Positions 1 to 10,704 of a stretch of 64,000 nucleotides of DNA are shown one piece after another. The translations under genes and the position numbers were made by a program. This DNA is from Escherichia coli (lineage in GTDB: Bacteria > Pseudomonadota > Gammaproteobacteria > Enterobacterales > Enterobacteriaceae), in NCBI RefSeq assembly GCF_003018115.1, contig NZ_CP027457.1; one strand, given 5' to 3'. A model generated the notes under the pieces. That model was not told the origin of the DNA. It searched no databases and saw nothing but the letters and a program-made list of their open reading frames with translations. Positions within the stretch are counted from its first letter, which is position 1. The number at the start of each line of letters is the position of its first letter.

Positions 1-17
1 CGTTTGCGCCATTTCAT
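1..17 (-). CDS. fimG: FimG minor fimbrial subunit, first codons only (gene continues beyond window start)
   Basis: Minus-strand ATG at 17 followed by codons reading MKWRK, immediately downstream of fimF in the fim operon order; only 17 nt are visible. Confidence 0.4.
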
Positions 18-29
18 GAGCATCTCCAG

Positions 30-563
30 TTACTGATATTCAAGAGTGAAGGTAGCCGTGGCATTGATATGCCCCGCAGTGACAGGCACCTGTGTCGCCA
101 TTAGCCGGGCGTAAAAATTCAGCGTATTTGGTTTACCCGGCGTCAGGGTCGTCCACGAAAGCGCGGACGATGGAGCATTAAGGGGTATTTGATTTTGCTG
201 CTCATTCAGAAGCTGTATTCCCAGTCCCGAAGCCGCTGACACCGTATTTTCAAGTGCAAGCAGGTTGGCATTGTGGCTATCTGCAACACCGTTAAACCCA
301 ACTTTTACGGCAGAAACGGCATTACCACAGGGTGACAGCAAAATACGAAATGGAACGACAGGAGTCGTCGCGTCAATGTCGTTAAATTGCTTCGCCGCGT
401 TTTCCATCAAATCAACAGTAAAATTGGTTGATTCAGCGGCCACACTACAGCCGTTATCTCTGACATAGCCGCGGATAGTAATCGTGCTATCCGCAGCCAA
501 AGCGTGACTCACCGCCAGCCACAAAAAAGCGCACAGAAGATAAAAAGGTTTGTTTCTCATCAC
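30..563 (-). CDS. fimF: Type 1 fimbrial minor subunit FimF
   Basis: 177-aa ORF starting [23 protein letters not shown] with a signal peptide and pilin-like sequence; position after fimD. Confidence 0.9.
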   Translation of the reverse strand: MMRNKPFYLLCAFLWLAVSHALAADSTITIRGYVRDNGCSVAAESTNFTVDLMENAAKQFNDIDATTPVVPFRILLSPCGNAVSAVKVGFNGVADSHNANLLALENTVSAASGLGIQLLNEQQNQIPLNAPSSALSWTTLTPGKPNTLNFYARLMATQVPVTAGHINATATFTLEYQ

Positions 564-569
564 GCCCCC

Positions 570-3206
570 TTAACGACATTCAGCTGATAGCTGGGTTAAT
601 AACTGCTGCTGACTCTCTGGTGGCAGTTGATAATTGGCGACACAGTGAGCATTTTCCTCTTCTCCCCATTTCACCTGAACTTTTCCCGCTAAAGGCATTC
701 CGCTGAGGTAAACCTGACCATTATCCGCAACAATGCCGCTACTCTGGCTACTCTCTGATGTCACCATCGCCCCAAACGGCAGCGGCTTATTATTGTGAGT
801 TAGCGTCATGAGCAGTTTTATCCCAACGCGCGCTTTAAACTCTGCTCGCACGATCGCCCCACGAGTGGGAACAACGTTAGCGACCGCGTTATCTAAATCG
901 ACGTTATCAGCCAAGGTATTGGTATCCAGCGCCACTCTATTTTCCCGATATTCGGTGGCATAAGGCAGCACGGCATAACCGCGCCAGTCGGTACGCACCC
1001 CCGTCTGGTTTTCGACTTTTGCATCTTTTGCGCCAGGCGCTTTAACAAGTACCACCGTATCGTTTAACGGCTGCCCCAGCGTTACGCCATTGGCATGAGC
1101 CAGTACCCCACCGCTGACTCCGTAATAGAGCTGCTTAATATCATCGCTATGGCTGTAACCGATATTGGCATTGCCGTAACCACCGCGATAATTCAGCGTG
1201 GCGTAGCCTGTACTTCCGCTATTACCATCGCCTCCCCCGGCATAGCCGGTTTGCACGCTATAACTGAGGTTGTTGTCTTCCAGCAACGTACCGTATACAC
1301 CAGCCAGATTGGTCATCCGACCGTTGAGATCGTGTGACATGCTGTAGCTAGCACTGGCATGTCGCCACTGAGATTTACTGTCAGAACGCAGCCAGTGGCT
1401 GAAAGGAATATTGACGTTAAGCGCTAACATCTGATCCCGTCCTTTTTGCCAGGCGTTTTTCGTCAGGCTATAGCTGAGCGTCCAGTTGATATCTTCGAAC
1501 GCAGTATTTAATCCAGCCTGGAATTGCTCATCGACATTACTCGTTCCCCAATAAGTTTGATGGCTACCACTCAAATACAGTGTTGATGTGCGCCCGAGTT
1601 GCTGAGTAACGGTGAGCTGTAATTTCCCGCGTTTGTTATAAGCGAGGTTGTAATAGTCGGTGAATTTCGGCTTAACCTGAATAACTCCGTCCTGTGTTTC
1701 GATGTTGTAGCCATTCATTCGACTGTATGTTGTATCAGCGAAATTAAAATATCCGCTGGTCGAATAACGGTAACCCACTAACTGAATATTCGTGCCTGAC
1801 TCATTGAGCGATTTGTTATAGAGAAAACGAACCGATTGTCCGTCATGCTGACTGTCATCGGGAAGTGTGGAATTAGCCTGAGTCATATCCACAGACAGAG
1901 CGCCCAGTGCCCCCATGTTTTTCCCGATACCGAAATTAAAAGCACGATAACGATCTGCCAGTTGCGTTCCACCATATATTGTCCAGCCAGCCGGAAGGCC
2001 GTGGAGTAATGTACTCTGGAAAAAGCGGGGTTTTTCCTGTTGCGCATTTCCACTACGGTATTCTCCTGCCGTAATGGAATAACGAGTATGCCCTTCACGT
2101 TGCAAAAGCGGGACTGACGAATAGGGTACGGTAAAAATCTGCGTGCTGCCGTCAGCCTCTTTAATCGTTACCTGCAAGTCACCACTATTACCTGCGGCAT
2201 AGATATCGTTGATGGTAAAAGGCCCCGGTGGCACCGTACTATTATAAATGTCATACCCATTTTGTTTAATAGTGACCTGTGCAGTACCACGAGCAATACC
2301 GTGGATCACCGGGGCAAATCCTCTTTGGCTATCGGGTAACATATTGTCATCTGAGGCCAATTGTGCGCCGCGAAAGTTAATACCATCGAAAATATCGCCC
2401 TGAGTATAACCATCACCCAGCGTCAGCCGGGAACGTAACGGTATTATGTCTCGCTCAAGCCAGGTATTGATATGCTGCCATTTATTTTTGCTACCTGATG
2501 ATCTGTCGCTACTGTTATAACTCCAGGTGGTATTGTCGCGTAAACGCCACGCACCAATATTTAACCCACTCTGTAGGTTTAAATATGCATAATGGCTGTT
2601 ACCCCCAATCCGATTCTGTACACTATTTCCGCTGAAATTATAATTGAGCAATCCGGCATTAATACCGGGATCCCATAACTCAGGAGGAATATAACCACGC
2701 GCGCGATTACTCATAAATGCCTGAGGGATCGTCAGGTTGAGTCGCTGCTGACCAACATCCAGATGCGCAGTAGCGTCATGGATCATTGAGGTTAATGGCA
2801 CGCAGGCATCATCCGCCAGCAGATTCATACCGGAGACAGAAGCCGTATTCAGCCCCATACTGGCAAGTTGCGCGCGTGTCAGGCAGGGAACAATCCCTTG
2901 TTCGCTGTCGCCCGTATTAAATGTGACATCACGCGTTGCCATATAACCATTATTCAAATAGATATCGACACGATACGTCCCTGGTGGTAATTCTTGCCCA
3001 TTCTCAAAACGCGATAAATCGGCTACAGCCTGGGGATCATCCGCTAAAAAACGCGGGTTAAAATAGAGTTCGGCAGATGACAAAGGTGCCTGTGCGGCAA
3101 AAGCACAGGCAACAAAGAGCCGGACAAAAAAACCAGCCAAATGATGCTTACGAATATGCAAGCATTGTGTGTTTCGCTGGTAAAGTCTTAAATTCAGATA
3201 TGACAT
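570..3206 (-). CDS. fimD: Fimbrial usher outer membrane protein FimD
   Basis: 878-aa ORF, usher-length, between chaperone fimC and fimF; recognised sequence. Confidence 0.93.
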   Translation of the reverse strand: MSYLNLRLYQRNTQCLHIRKHHLAGFFVRLFVACAFAAQAPLSSAELYFNPRFLADDPQAVADLSRFENGQELPPGTYRVDIYLNNGYMATRDVTFNTGDSEQGIVPCLTRAQLASMGLNTASVSGMNLLADDACVPLTSMIHDATAHLDVGQQRLNLTIPQAFMSNRARGYIPPELWDPGINAGLLNYNFSGNSVQNRIGGNSHYAYLNLQSGLNIGAWRLRDNTTWSYNSSDRSSGSKNKWQHINTWLERDIIPLRSRLTLGDGYTQGDIFDGINFRGAQLASDDNMLPDSQRGFAPVIHGIARGTAQVTIKQNGYDIYNSTVPPGPFTINDIYAAGNSGDLQVTIKEADGSTQIFTVPYSSVPLLQREGHTRYSITAGEYRSGNAQQEKPRFFQSTLLHGLPAGWTIYGGTQLADRYRAFNFGIGKNMGALGALSVDMTQANSTLPDDSQHDGQSVRFLYNKSLNESGTNIQLVGYRYSTSGYFNFADTTYSRMNGYNIETQDGVIQVKPKFTDYYNLAYNKRGKLQLTVTQQLGRTSTLYLSGSHQTYWGTSNVDEQFQAGLNTAFEDINWTLSYSLTKNAWQKGRDQMLALNVNIPFSHWLRSDSKSQWRHASASYSMSHDLNGRMTNLAGVYGTLLEDNNLSYSVQTGYAGGGDGNSGSTGYATLNYRGGYGNANIGYSHSDDIKQLYYGVSGGVLAHANGVTLGQPLNDTVVLVKAPGAKDAKVENQTGVRTDWRGYAVLPYATEYRENRVALDTNTLADNVDLDNAVANVVPTRGAIVRAEFKARVGIKLLMTLTHNNKPLPFGAMVTSESSQSSGIVADNGQVYLSGMPLAGKVQVKWGEEENAHCVANYQLPPESQQQLLTQLSAECR

Positions 3207-3272
3207 TATTCCTCCGGTTTAAAATTACCCGGCAGTCAATTCTTTTTATTCAGGCGAGAAATTCCCCCTGCG

Positions 3273-3998
3273 TTATTCCATTACGCCCGTCATTTTGGGG
3301 GTAAGTGCGCCATAATCATTTATTGTTCGGTAAGTAATATTGCTTCCTGCATCAGAAGGCAATTTAACCGTGCTTTCGCCCATTGGAGGCACCAATGCAT
3401 TTTCAAGAACCCGGGTTCCGGCATTCAACTCTGTTACCGTCAGATAATAGGGTGTCGGGTTAATCAGCGTCAGAGAATTCGCGCTACGACGAAATCTTAA
3501 TTTTTCTGCGGCCTGATCGGGTGGCAACGCTAATTTAGCCGGGCGATAGTACAGTTTAATGCGGCTGATAATTGCGAGCTGTAGCGTATTCTCAGTCAAT
3601 TTTGATTTATCCATTGACGGAATCGCTTTAACATTCATCCAGAATAAACTTTCCCGGTCCTGTGGCAATTGGTTATTTGTTGCATCAAGAATACGCAAGG
3701 TATTCTCTTTTTTTCCCTTCATCGCAAACAGAGGAGGCGTCACGATAAAACGACCATCCTTTACACCATCGGCATTTTCCACCCATGATTGAATTAAATA
3801 GGTACTATTTTCATCATTATTTGTCACGGCAAGTTGCACTTGTTTTTGCCCTGCCGGATAAATTACGCGAGTCGCACCTAAGGCCACTCCCGCTTCAGCG
3901 CGTCCGGCAACCATCATTGCCATGAACATCAGGATACCTGCCAGCAAGCAGAATGTTATTTCCTGCGATTTCCTTACATTGACGTTTTTATTACTCAC
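3273..3998 (-). CDS. fimC: Periplasmic pilus chaperone FimC
   Basis: 241-aa ORF with signal peptide; PapD-like chaperone position between fimI and fimD. Confidence 0.92.
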   Translation of the reverse strand: MSNKNVNVRKSQEITFCLLAGILMFMAMMVAGRAEAGVALGATRVIYPAGQKQVQLAVTNNDENSTYLIQSWVENADGVKDGRFIVTPPLFAMKGKKENTLRILDATNNQLPQDRESLFWMNVKAIPSMDKSKLTENTLQLAIISRIKLYYRPAKLALPPDQAAEKLRFRRSANSLTLINPTPYYLTVTELNAGTRVLENALVPPMGESTVKLPSDAGSNITYRTINDYGALTPKMTGVME

Positions 3999-4034
3999 TG
4001 TCCTGTTCCTGTTATCACATTATCTGCTGAACAA

Positions 4035-4574
4035 TTACTGATAGGTTAAAGAGAACCAGGCCTGGGCATTGGCGATGCCGCCAGTAACCCGACGCCCGGT
4101 AGCACGATATTTGGCGATGAAATGTAGCGAAGTAGAGCCTGAGTAAAGCCGTTTCCAGTTTACTGGAGGACGATTAATCGGTACGAGGTTTCCTTCATCA
4201 TCAAACAACGCTACGCCAATATTGGTGGCTATCCCTGGCCCCTCTCCCACGGAAAGCACATCCGGATTTTTACCATCCGCGACACCGTGAAACGCCACAC
4301 CCACACGTTCACTCACCACCGTGCTACATTCCCGTAAATGAATAACAAAAGGCACCGGTGCGCTATCTTCCCCTACCGCATGAAACCGGTTACTGCTGAT
4401 TTGCCCCATATTGACCGTCATTTGTTTATCACCGGCTTCAATCCGGCAAGTTTCCGCAATAATGACGCCCTGAAATTGCATATTTCCGCCGGGCAGCGTG
4501 GTATTCCATTTATTTCCGGCCAGAGCAAACATTGGCAGCAACGACGCTAATAGAAATAATCTCTTCCTTTTCAT
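4035..4574 (-). CDS. fimI: Fimbrin-like protein FimI
   Basis: Track ORF 4035..4706; internal start [19 protein letters not shown] at 4574 gives a 179-aa pilin-like protein with signal peptide. Confidence 0.85.
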   Translation of the reverse strand: MKRKRLFLLASLLPMFALAGNKWNTTLPGGNMQFQGVIIAETCRIEAGDKQMTVNMGQISSNRFHAVGEDSAPVPFVIHLRECSTVVSERVGVAFHGVADGKNPDVLSVGEGPGIATNIGVALFDDEGNLVPINRPPVNWKRLYSGSTSLHFIAKYRATGRRVTGGIANAQAWFSLTYQ

Positions 4575-4638
4575 CGTTATTTTTATCGCACAAGGGTGGG
4601 CATCCCTGCCCGTAATGACGTCCCTGAACCTGGGTAGG

Positions 4639-5187
4639 TTATTGATACTGAACCTTGAAGGTCGCATCCGCATTAGCTGCGCCAGGGGTTGCGACACCGG
4701 TTGCATAATAACGCGCCTGGAACGGAATGGTGTTAGTACCGTTATTCAGGGTTGTTTGCTCACTGAATGTCGCACCATCCAGCGTCAGCGCAGCACCCGT
4801 TCTGTCCAGGATCTGCACACCAACGTTTGTTGCGCTACCCGCAGCTGAACTCTGCAGAGCCAGAACGTTGGTATGACCCGCATCAATCGCCGTACCTAAA
4901 AAGGCAACTGCGGCTTTAGATGCAACATTGGTATCGCAATCATTCAGCTGAATGTTAAAACCGACAGCAGAACTGGTTGCTCCTTCCTGTGCCAGCGATG
5001 CGGTACGAACCTGTCCTAACTGAACGGTTTGATCAACAGAGCCTGCATCAACTGCGCAAGCGGCGTTAACAACTTCCCCTTTAAAGTGAACGGTCCCACC
5101 ATTAACCGTCGTGGCAGCGGCCAGAGCCGCTGTAGAACTGAGGGACAGAGCCGACAGAACAACGATTGCCAGAGTTTTAATTTTCAT
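4639..5187 (-). CDS. fimA: Type 1 fimbriae major subunit FimA
   Basis: Track ORF 4639..5244; start [23 protein letters not shown] at 5187 gives a 182-aa major pilin. Confidence 0.92.
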   Translation of the reverse strand: MKIKTLAIVVLSALSLSSTAALAAATTVNGGTVHFKGEVVNAACAVDAGSVDQTVQLGQVRTASLAQEGATSSAVGFNIQLNDCDTNVASKAAVAFLGTAIDAGHTNVLALQSSAAGSATNVGVQILDRTGAALTLDGATFSEQTTLNNGTNTIPFQARYYATGVATPGAANADATFKVQYQ

Positions 5188-5306
5188 GCTGCTTTCCTTT
5201 AAAAAAACTATTTCTAAATCGACATGGGCAGTCGTTCTGTACACTTTGTTTTGTCAACGAGTTTGACTGCCAACACTGCACAGTTTTCCCCCAAAAGATG
5301 AAACAT

Positions 5307-5620
5307 TTGGGGCCATTTTGACTCATAGAGGAAAGCATCGCGTACAAACTTTTTCAGTTTATTTGTTGGCTTAATATTCTATTGTTATCTTTATTTATAG
5401 ATTTTTATATTGCATGAGGTGGTTTTTGGAGAGAAGAATGAGGAAGATGCGTCGAGCCACAGAAACGTTAGCTTTACATATAGCGGAGGTGATGTGAAAT
5501 TAATTTACAATAGAAATAATTTACATATCAAACAGTTAGATGCTTTTTGTCGTTTTTTAATATTTTTATGCTTGAGAAAAAATACGTAACTTATTTATGA
5601 TATGGACAGTTTGGCCCCAA
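5307..5620. mobile_element. fimS: fimS invertible element (fim switch), 314 bp bounded by 9-bp inverted repeats TTGGGGCCA (5307-5315) and TGGCCCCAA (5612-5620); apparent OFF orientation
   Basis: Inverted repeats read directly from the sequence at the expected place between fimE and fimA. A sigma70-like promoter TTGAGA-N18-TATGAT lies just inside the fimE-proximal repeat and reads on the + strand, away from fimA. Confidence 0.85.
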
Positions 5621-5667
5621 TTGTCTTGTATTTATTTGTTTTTTAACTTTATTATCAATAAGTTAAA

Positions 5668-6264
5668 TCAAACCTCTTCTCTTTTTAATTTTTCGTTTAT
5701 GAGATTATTTCTTTCCCATAATCCGGCAAAACGAGCAGCATTACTGGCGGTATAACGCACAGTATGGCGAATATTTCGATGCCCGAGATAATCCTGAATT
5801 AAACGAGTATCTGCACCACGCTCCGCCAGTTCATAACCGCAAGCATGCCTTAACATATGAGGATGAGTCTGCGTTACGGTTCCAGCTTCAATACCGGCAT
5901 CGCGAATAATGCGATAGGCCTGCTGGCGAGAAAGCCGACTCCCGCGGCGAGAAATAAATATGGCGTCGGTCCGGTCAGCGCCTTTCCAGTTAGCACGTTC
6001 CAGGGTCCAGCGTTCCACAGCTTCACGCTCATCAAAACGTAACGGGTGAACGGTAGAAAATCCGTTCTTCAGTCGGCGAATATTTATTCGACCTTCATTA
6101 AGGTCAAGATCCTGATAATGCAGATCAAGCAGTTCACTAATACGCATCCCATGCCGATATGCCAACAGAATAAGACAATAATCTCTGGCTCCCGTTGCCC
6201 CGTAACAAACCGCCTGCATCATGGCCTGAACTTCTTTACCGGTAAGATAACGACGTTTACTCAC
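5668..6264 (-). CDS. fimE: Tyrosine site-specific recombinase FimE (switch ON-to-OFF)
   Basis: 198-aa ORF starting MSKRRYLTGKEVQAMM with the conserved HxxR...Y recombinase C-terminus; adjacent to fimS. Confidence 0.93.
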   Translation of the reverse strand: MSKRRYLTGKEVQAMMQAVCYGATGARDYCLILLAYRHGMRISELLDLHYQDLDLNEGRINIRRLKNGFSTVHPLRFDEREAVERWTLERANWKGADRTDAIFISRRGSRLSRQQAYRIIRDAGIEAGTVTQTHPHMLRHACGYELAERGADTRLIQDYLGHRNIRHTVRYTASNAARFAGLWERNNLINEKLKREEV

Positions 6265-6741
6265 AATAGTAGTACTCCTGACTGAGATATATTTAAATGA
6301 ATACCTATAGGAAACCTCAATCGGTCAAAATTAGCCCAATAGATAAAAAGATAACCACACACGAAGTGATGTGGCTATCAGTCAATTACATTAAATATCA
6401 TACAAAAATAAAATATCACTGATGTGACAACATCTATTTTCATTGATTTGATTCAATATAACAATAGATTGCAGTAGATTAGCTTCCAGTTGCTTAAAAA
6501 ATAAAGAAAAAAGTGCGAAAACAGGAGAATTTAAGTGATGTGTAAATTTATGAATGATTTTGTTTATTTATTTTGAAGAACATAAACCATTGTATTTTGT
6601 ATGGATATGGTTAACTTAATGTTTATTATGATAATTAAGAATCATACTTACAATAACATCAATTAATAAATGCTTAATCATTTTTGATATATCGTAAGAA
6701 TAATGTTGTTTTTAACACCATCCCTGGTATCTCAACTATCT

Positions 6742-7344
6742 CTATAAAACAGCGTGACGCTGTCGTCCTCTGGCTCTATCCCAGATGCCGTAAAAACGCC
6801 CTGCATTGCTGGCGGTATACCAGACAGTATGACGAATATTGCGATGCCCAAGATAATCCTGGATAAGTCGCGTATCTATTCCCATATTCGCCAAAGCAAA
6901 ACCACACGAATGGCGTAACATGTGCGGATGAATCTCCAGTGACAACCCGGCATTACCACCGGAAGTCGAGATAATATGGTAAAATTGTTGCCGAGAAAGC
7001 GGATTCCCCTTACGCGATAAAAATACCCACTCGCTCTCAGCATGCGGATACGAAGTACGGATACTCAACCAGTTTTTTAAAGCCTGAACTTCTTTGTTCA
7101 ATAGCGGGTGCGTTGTTGAAAAGCCTTTTTTTAATCGATGGATATATATACACTTTGCCTTAAGATCAATATCCGAAATCCTCAATCGACAAATTTCACT
7201 CGCCCGGAAACCATGAATAAAACAAAGCAAAGTCAGACAATAATTACGTGCTGCATGAGGCCCGGTATTTGCTGCTTTAAGGAGTGATTCGATTTCACTA
7301 TGGGTCAGGAAGTTCCTTTTTTTGTTTTCAGCCTTATTCTTCAT
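6742..7344 (-). CDS. fimB: Tyrosine site-specific recombinase FimB
   Basis: Track ORF 6742..7374; start MKNKAENKKRNFLTHSEIE at 7344 gives 200 aa; paralogue of FimE. Confidence 0.92.
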   Translation of the reverse strand: MKNKAENKKRNFLTHSEIESLLKAANTGPHAARNYCLTLLCFIHGFRASEICRLRISDIDLKAKCIYIHRLKKGFSTTHPLLNKEVQALKNWLSIRTSYPHAESEWVFLSRKGNPLSRQQFYHIISTSGGNAGLSLEIHPHMLRHSCGFALANMGIDTRLIQDYLGHRNIRHTVWYTASNAGRFYGIWDRARGRQRHAVL

Positions 7345-8359
7345 CGTTTTTCCCTTATAATTACAGACGCGCACTAGCTGTGCTGGGTTAGCAATAATCC
7401 AACATTTTTATCCTGATTATGTTTATAAAAGCGAACGTTTGCTTAATAACTAACGTAAGTGGACCAGTTCTTCTGAGTGAACTTAAATGGAGTAGCAACA
7501 GTTAATTATAATAACGTTGCCATACAAACGCTATGCTCTTGCATGCTATGTACCTTTATATATTTATCAATCGGATACGAATCTAATAATAACCCTCATC
7601 ATTAATGCAACTAATCTTATCTATATATCATGTGATATGTTCTGTAACAAGTAAAATCAACATAAAAAATTCAGCAAAATTTAATATTCGTTCAACTAGC
7701 CGTCTCACATATGACATTATTAGTCAACTCCATTTGCCACAAAATGGCTATTTCATGGAACACAGTAATTTCTTAGTGGCTATTATCAAGCTAATTCTTA
7801 GGTCCCTAGCGATTATTCCTGGCTGGTTCGTCAGTTTAAGCCATGAGATTGTTACATTCCTTTTTATCCTGGAGATATGGGGGAACGCAGGAGACGATTT
7901 TTTCATCTACATTCGTTGGTAAATATGGCTTTGGTCACTGCGACTTAAACCTTCCTCAATCACAGCCATTCGCCGGGCGATACGGCAAACAAACTAAGTG
8001 AAACATCATCCTGAAAACACCAACATCAACAAGCCTCTCCAGATCGACTTCAGAAGTGACCAGTTACAAGCCACAAACCAGGAAACATATTTCATGATGA
8101 GAATTATGCTCAGCCTGATGGCGGGTAAACACTGATTTTCATCAAACTCACTGAGTTAGCTTGCAAAGCTTTCCTTGTTTAGACTCTAAATAAATTATTT
8201 ATAAAACAAATATTTAAACGAAGATCTTTAGTTTTTGAAGACCACCGCAAGTGTTCGTCTGGCTTCACATGGCATCTTCCTCTTAGAAAAAGATCGACAT
8301 ATTTTGTGACACGAATTGCAAATCTGGTTTTGTTGTATGGATTGCGTGATTTTTGATCT

Positions 8360-8378
8360 GGTATAACAGGTATAAAGG
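8360..8378. promoter_or_regulatory. Putative NanR operator (tandem GGTATA repeats: GGTATAACAGGTATAAAGG) in the fimB-nanC intergenic region
   Basis: Two GGTATA hexamers spaced as in NanR operators, read directly; location in the long AT-rich intergenic region known to carry NanR/NagC sites controlling fimB and nanC. Confidence 0.5.
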
Positions 8379-8788
8379 TGCACCAAGATAGTCAATGAGA
8401 CAGGGCATCTCGCAATCTCTGGCAAACATCACTTCAGTTCTTTCTCATCGGGTGATGAAAACGCACTTCAGTCTGAAAGGAATATGAAAATGAGATCAAC
8501 AGACACTCTATTTTATGACTCTGGGTAAAATGAATTGAGTAAGTGATATAGCTTACGAACATTCAAATCAATTAAACATCAGAAGAGATTTTATACTCAG
8601 GTATTTAATCTGGCTCTCTGTTTATTTAAATAATGTGGAAAGAGAATTTTCACAGGAGACCTTATACAAAAAATATAAAATAAGCTACCCGTTGCCAAAG
8701 ACACTATAAGCCTGGCAAAAAATATTACACAACATAAATGCTAATTGTTTATGCGGGCTTTGTTTTGCTTTCTGTATCCTACAAATGA

Positions 8789-9514
8789 GTGAAATTTATG
8801 AAAAAGGCTAAAATACTTTCTGGCGTATTATTACTGTGCTTTTCGTCACCATTAATTTCTCAGGCTGCGACACTGGACGTACGTGGTGGATATCGTAGCG
8901 GAAGCCATGCCTATGAGACTCGACTCAAAGTCAGTGAGGGATGGCAAAATGGATGGTGGGCAAGCATGGAAAGTAATACCTGGAATACCATTCATGATAA
9001 TAAAAAGGAAAATGCCGCACTCAATGATGTTCAGGTTGAAGTTAATTACGCGATTAAACTTGATGAGCAATGGACGGTGCGCCCGGGAATGTTAACGCAT
9101 TTTAGCAGCAACGGCACACGCTACGGACCCTACGTAAAACTGTCCTGGGACGCGACAAAAGATCTTAATTTTGGCATTCGCTATCGTTACGACTGGAAAG
9201 CTTACCGACAACAAGACTTATCCGGTGATATGTCTCGTGATAACGTTCATCGTTGGGATGGATATGTCACTTACCATATTAATAGTGATTTCACCTTCGC
9301 ATGGCAAACGACGCTATACAGCAAACAGAACGATTATCGCTATGCAAACCATAAGAAATGGGCGACGGAAAATGCATTTGTTCTACAATACCATATGACG
9401 CCCGATATTACGCCATACATAGAATATGACTACCTGGACCGTCAGGGTGTTTACAACGGCAGAGATAATTTATCGGAAAACAGTTATCGCATTGGTGTGT
9501 CATTTAAACTGTAG
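8789..9514 (+). CDS. nanC: N-acetylneuraminic acid outer membrane channel NanC (KdgM family)
   Basis: 241-aa ORF with signal peptide ...LLLCFSSPLISQAATLDVRGG and beta-barrel porin-like sequence ending in F-K-L. Confidence 0.9.
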   Translation: MKFMKKAKILSGVLLLCFSSPLISQAATLDVRGGYRSGSHAYETRLKVSEGWQNGWWASMESNTWNTIHDNKKENAALNDVQVEVNYAIKLDEQWTVRPGMLTHFSSNGTRYGPYVKLSWDATKDLNFGIRYRYDWKAYRQQDLSGDMSRDNVHRWDGYVTYHINSDFTFAWQTTLYSKQNDYRYANHKKWATENAFVLQYHMTPDITPYIEYDYLDRQGVYNGRDNLSENSYRIGVSFKL

Positions 9515-9533
9515 TAGACAGGAGACAGTCACA

Positions 9534-10640
9534 ATGAATAAAACAATAACGGCGCTTGCTATCATGATGGCTTCATTTGCCGCAAACGCGTCTGTATTAC
9601 CGGAAACTCCTGTGCCATTTAAAAGTGGTACCGGAGCAATTGATAACGACACTGTCTACATTGGTTTAGGTAGCGCAGGTACGGCATGGTACAAGCTGGA
9701 TACACAGGCCAAAGATAAAAAATGGACAGCGTTAGCTGCATTCCCTGGTGGAACAAGAGATCAAGCAACCTCGGCATTTATTGATGGCAATCTGTATGTG
9801 TTTGGCGGCATTGGCAAAAATAGCAAGGGCTTGACTCAGGTATTTAATGACGTACACAAATACAACCCCAAAACCAATAGTTGGGTTAAATTGATGTCGC
9901 ACGCACCGATGGGCATGGCAGGTCATGTGACTTTTGTACACAACGGCAAGGCTTATGTTACTGGCGGTGTTAACCAGAATATCTTCAATGGCTATTTTGA
10001 AGATCTCAACGAGGCTGGAAAAGATTCAACCGCTGTAGATAAAATCAACGCTCACTATTTTGACAAAAAAGCAGAAGATTATTTCTTCAATAAGTTTCTG
10101 TTGTCTTTTGATCCCTCAACACAGCAATGGAGTTACGCTGGCGAATCTCCCTGGTACGGAACGGCTGGTGCGGCGGTTGTGAATAAAGGTGATAAAACCT
10201 GGCTTATTAATGGTGAAGCCAAACCAGGATTGCGAACGGATGCCGTATTTGAACTTGATTTCACCGGTAATAATTTAAAATGGAATAAGCTTGCTCCCGT
10301 CTCATCACCAGATGGCGTCGCTGGCGGTTTTGCGGGGATAAGCAATGATTCTCTTATATTTGCCGGAGGGGCCGGATTCAAAGGTTCACGAGAAAATTAC
10401 CAAAACGGTAAGAACTATGCGCATGAAGGCCTGAAAAAATCATATAGCACTGATATTCATCTTTGGCATAACGGGAAATGGGATAAATCGGGTGAATTAT
10501 CGCAAGGTCGGGCCTACGGAGTATCATTGCCCTGGAATAATAGTCTATTGATTATTGGCGGTGAAACTGCAGGCGGCAAAGCGGTGACGGATTCAGTTTT
10601 GATCTCTGTGAAGGATAATAAAGTTACAGTACAAAACTAA
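9534..10640 (+). CDS. nanM: N-acetylneuraminate mutarotase NanM (Kelch-repeat protein)
   Basis: Internal start MNKTITALAIMMASFAANA at 9534 with RBS GGAGA upstream; 368 aa, repeated GG/W Kelch-like motifs. Confidence 0.88.
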   Translation: MNKTITALAIMMASFAANASVLPETPVPFKSGTGAIDNDTVYIGLGSAGTAWYKLDTQAKDKKWTALAAFPGGTRDQATSAFIDGNLYVFGGIGKNSKGLTQVFNDVHKYNPKTNSWVKLMSHAPMGMAGHVTFVHNGKAYVTGGVNQNIFNGYFEDLNEAGKDSTAVDKINAHYFDKKAEDYFFNKFLLSFDPSTQQWSYAGESPWYGTAGAAVVNKGDKTWLINGEAKPGLRTDAVFELDFTGNNLKWNKLAPVSSPDGVAGGFAGISNDSLIFAGGAGFKGSRENYQNGKNYAHEGLKKSYSTDIHLWHNGKWDKSGELSQGRAYGVSLPWNNSLLIIGGETAGGKAVTDSVLISVKDNKVTVQN

Positions 10641-10704
10641 CGCTTCAGGGCCCCAGTAAAGGGGCCCTGCTATCAATTTGTCATTTCAATTACGCGAAAT
10701 TTAT

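Noticed and set aside
7605-7922. 105-aa plus-strand ORF in the fimB-nanC intergenic region
   Set aside because: Very AT-rich regulatory DNA with low-complexity translation and no RBS evidence; more likely non-coding.
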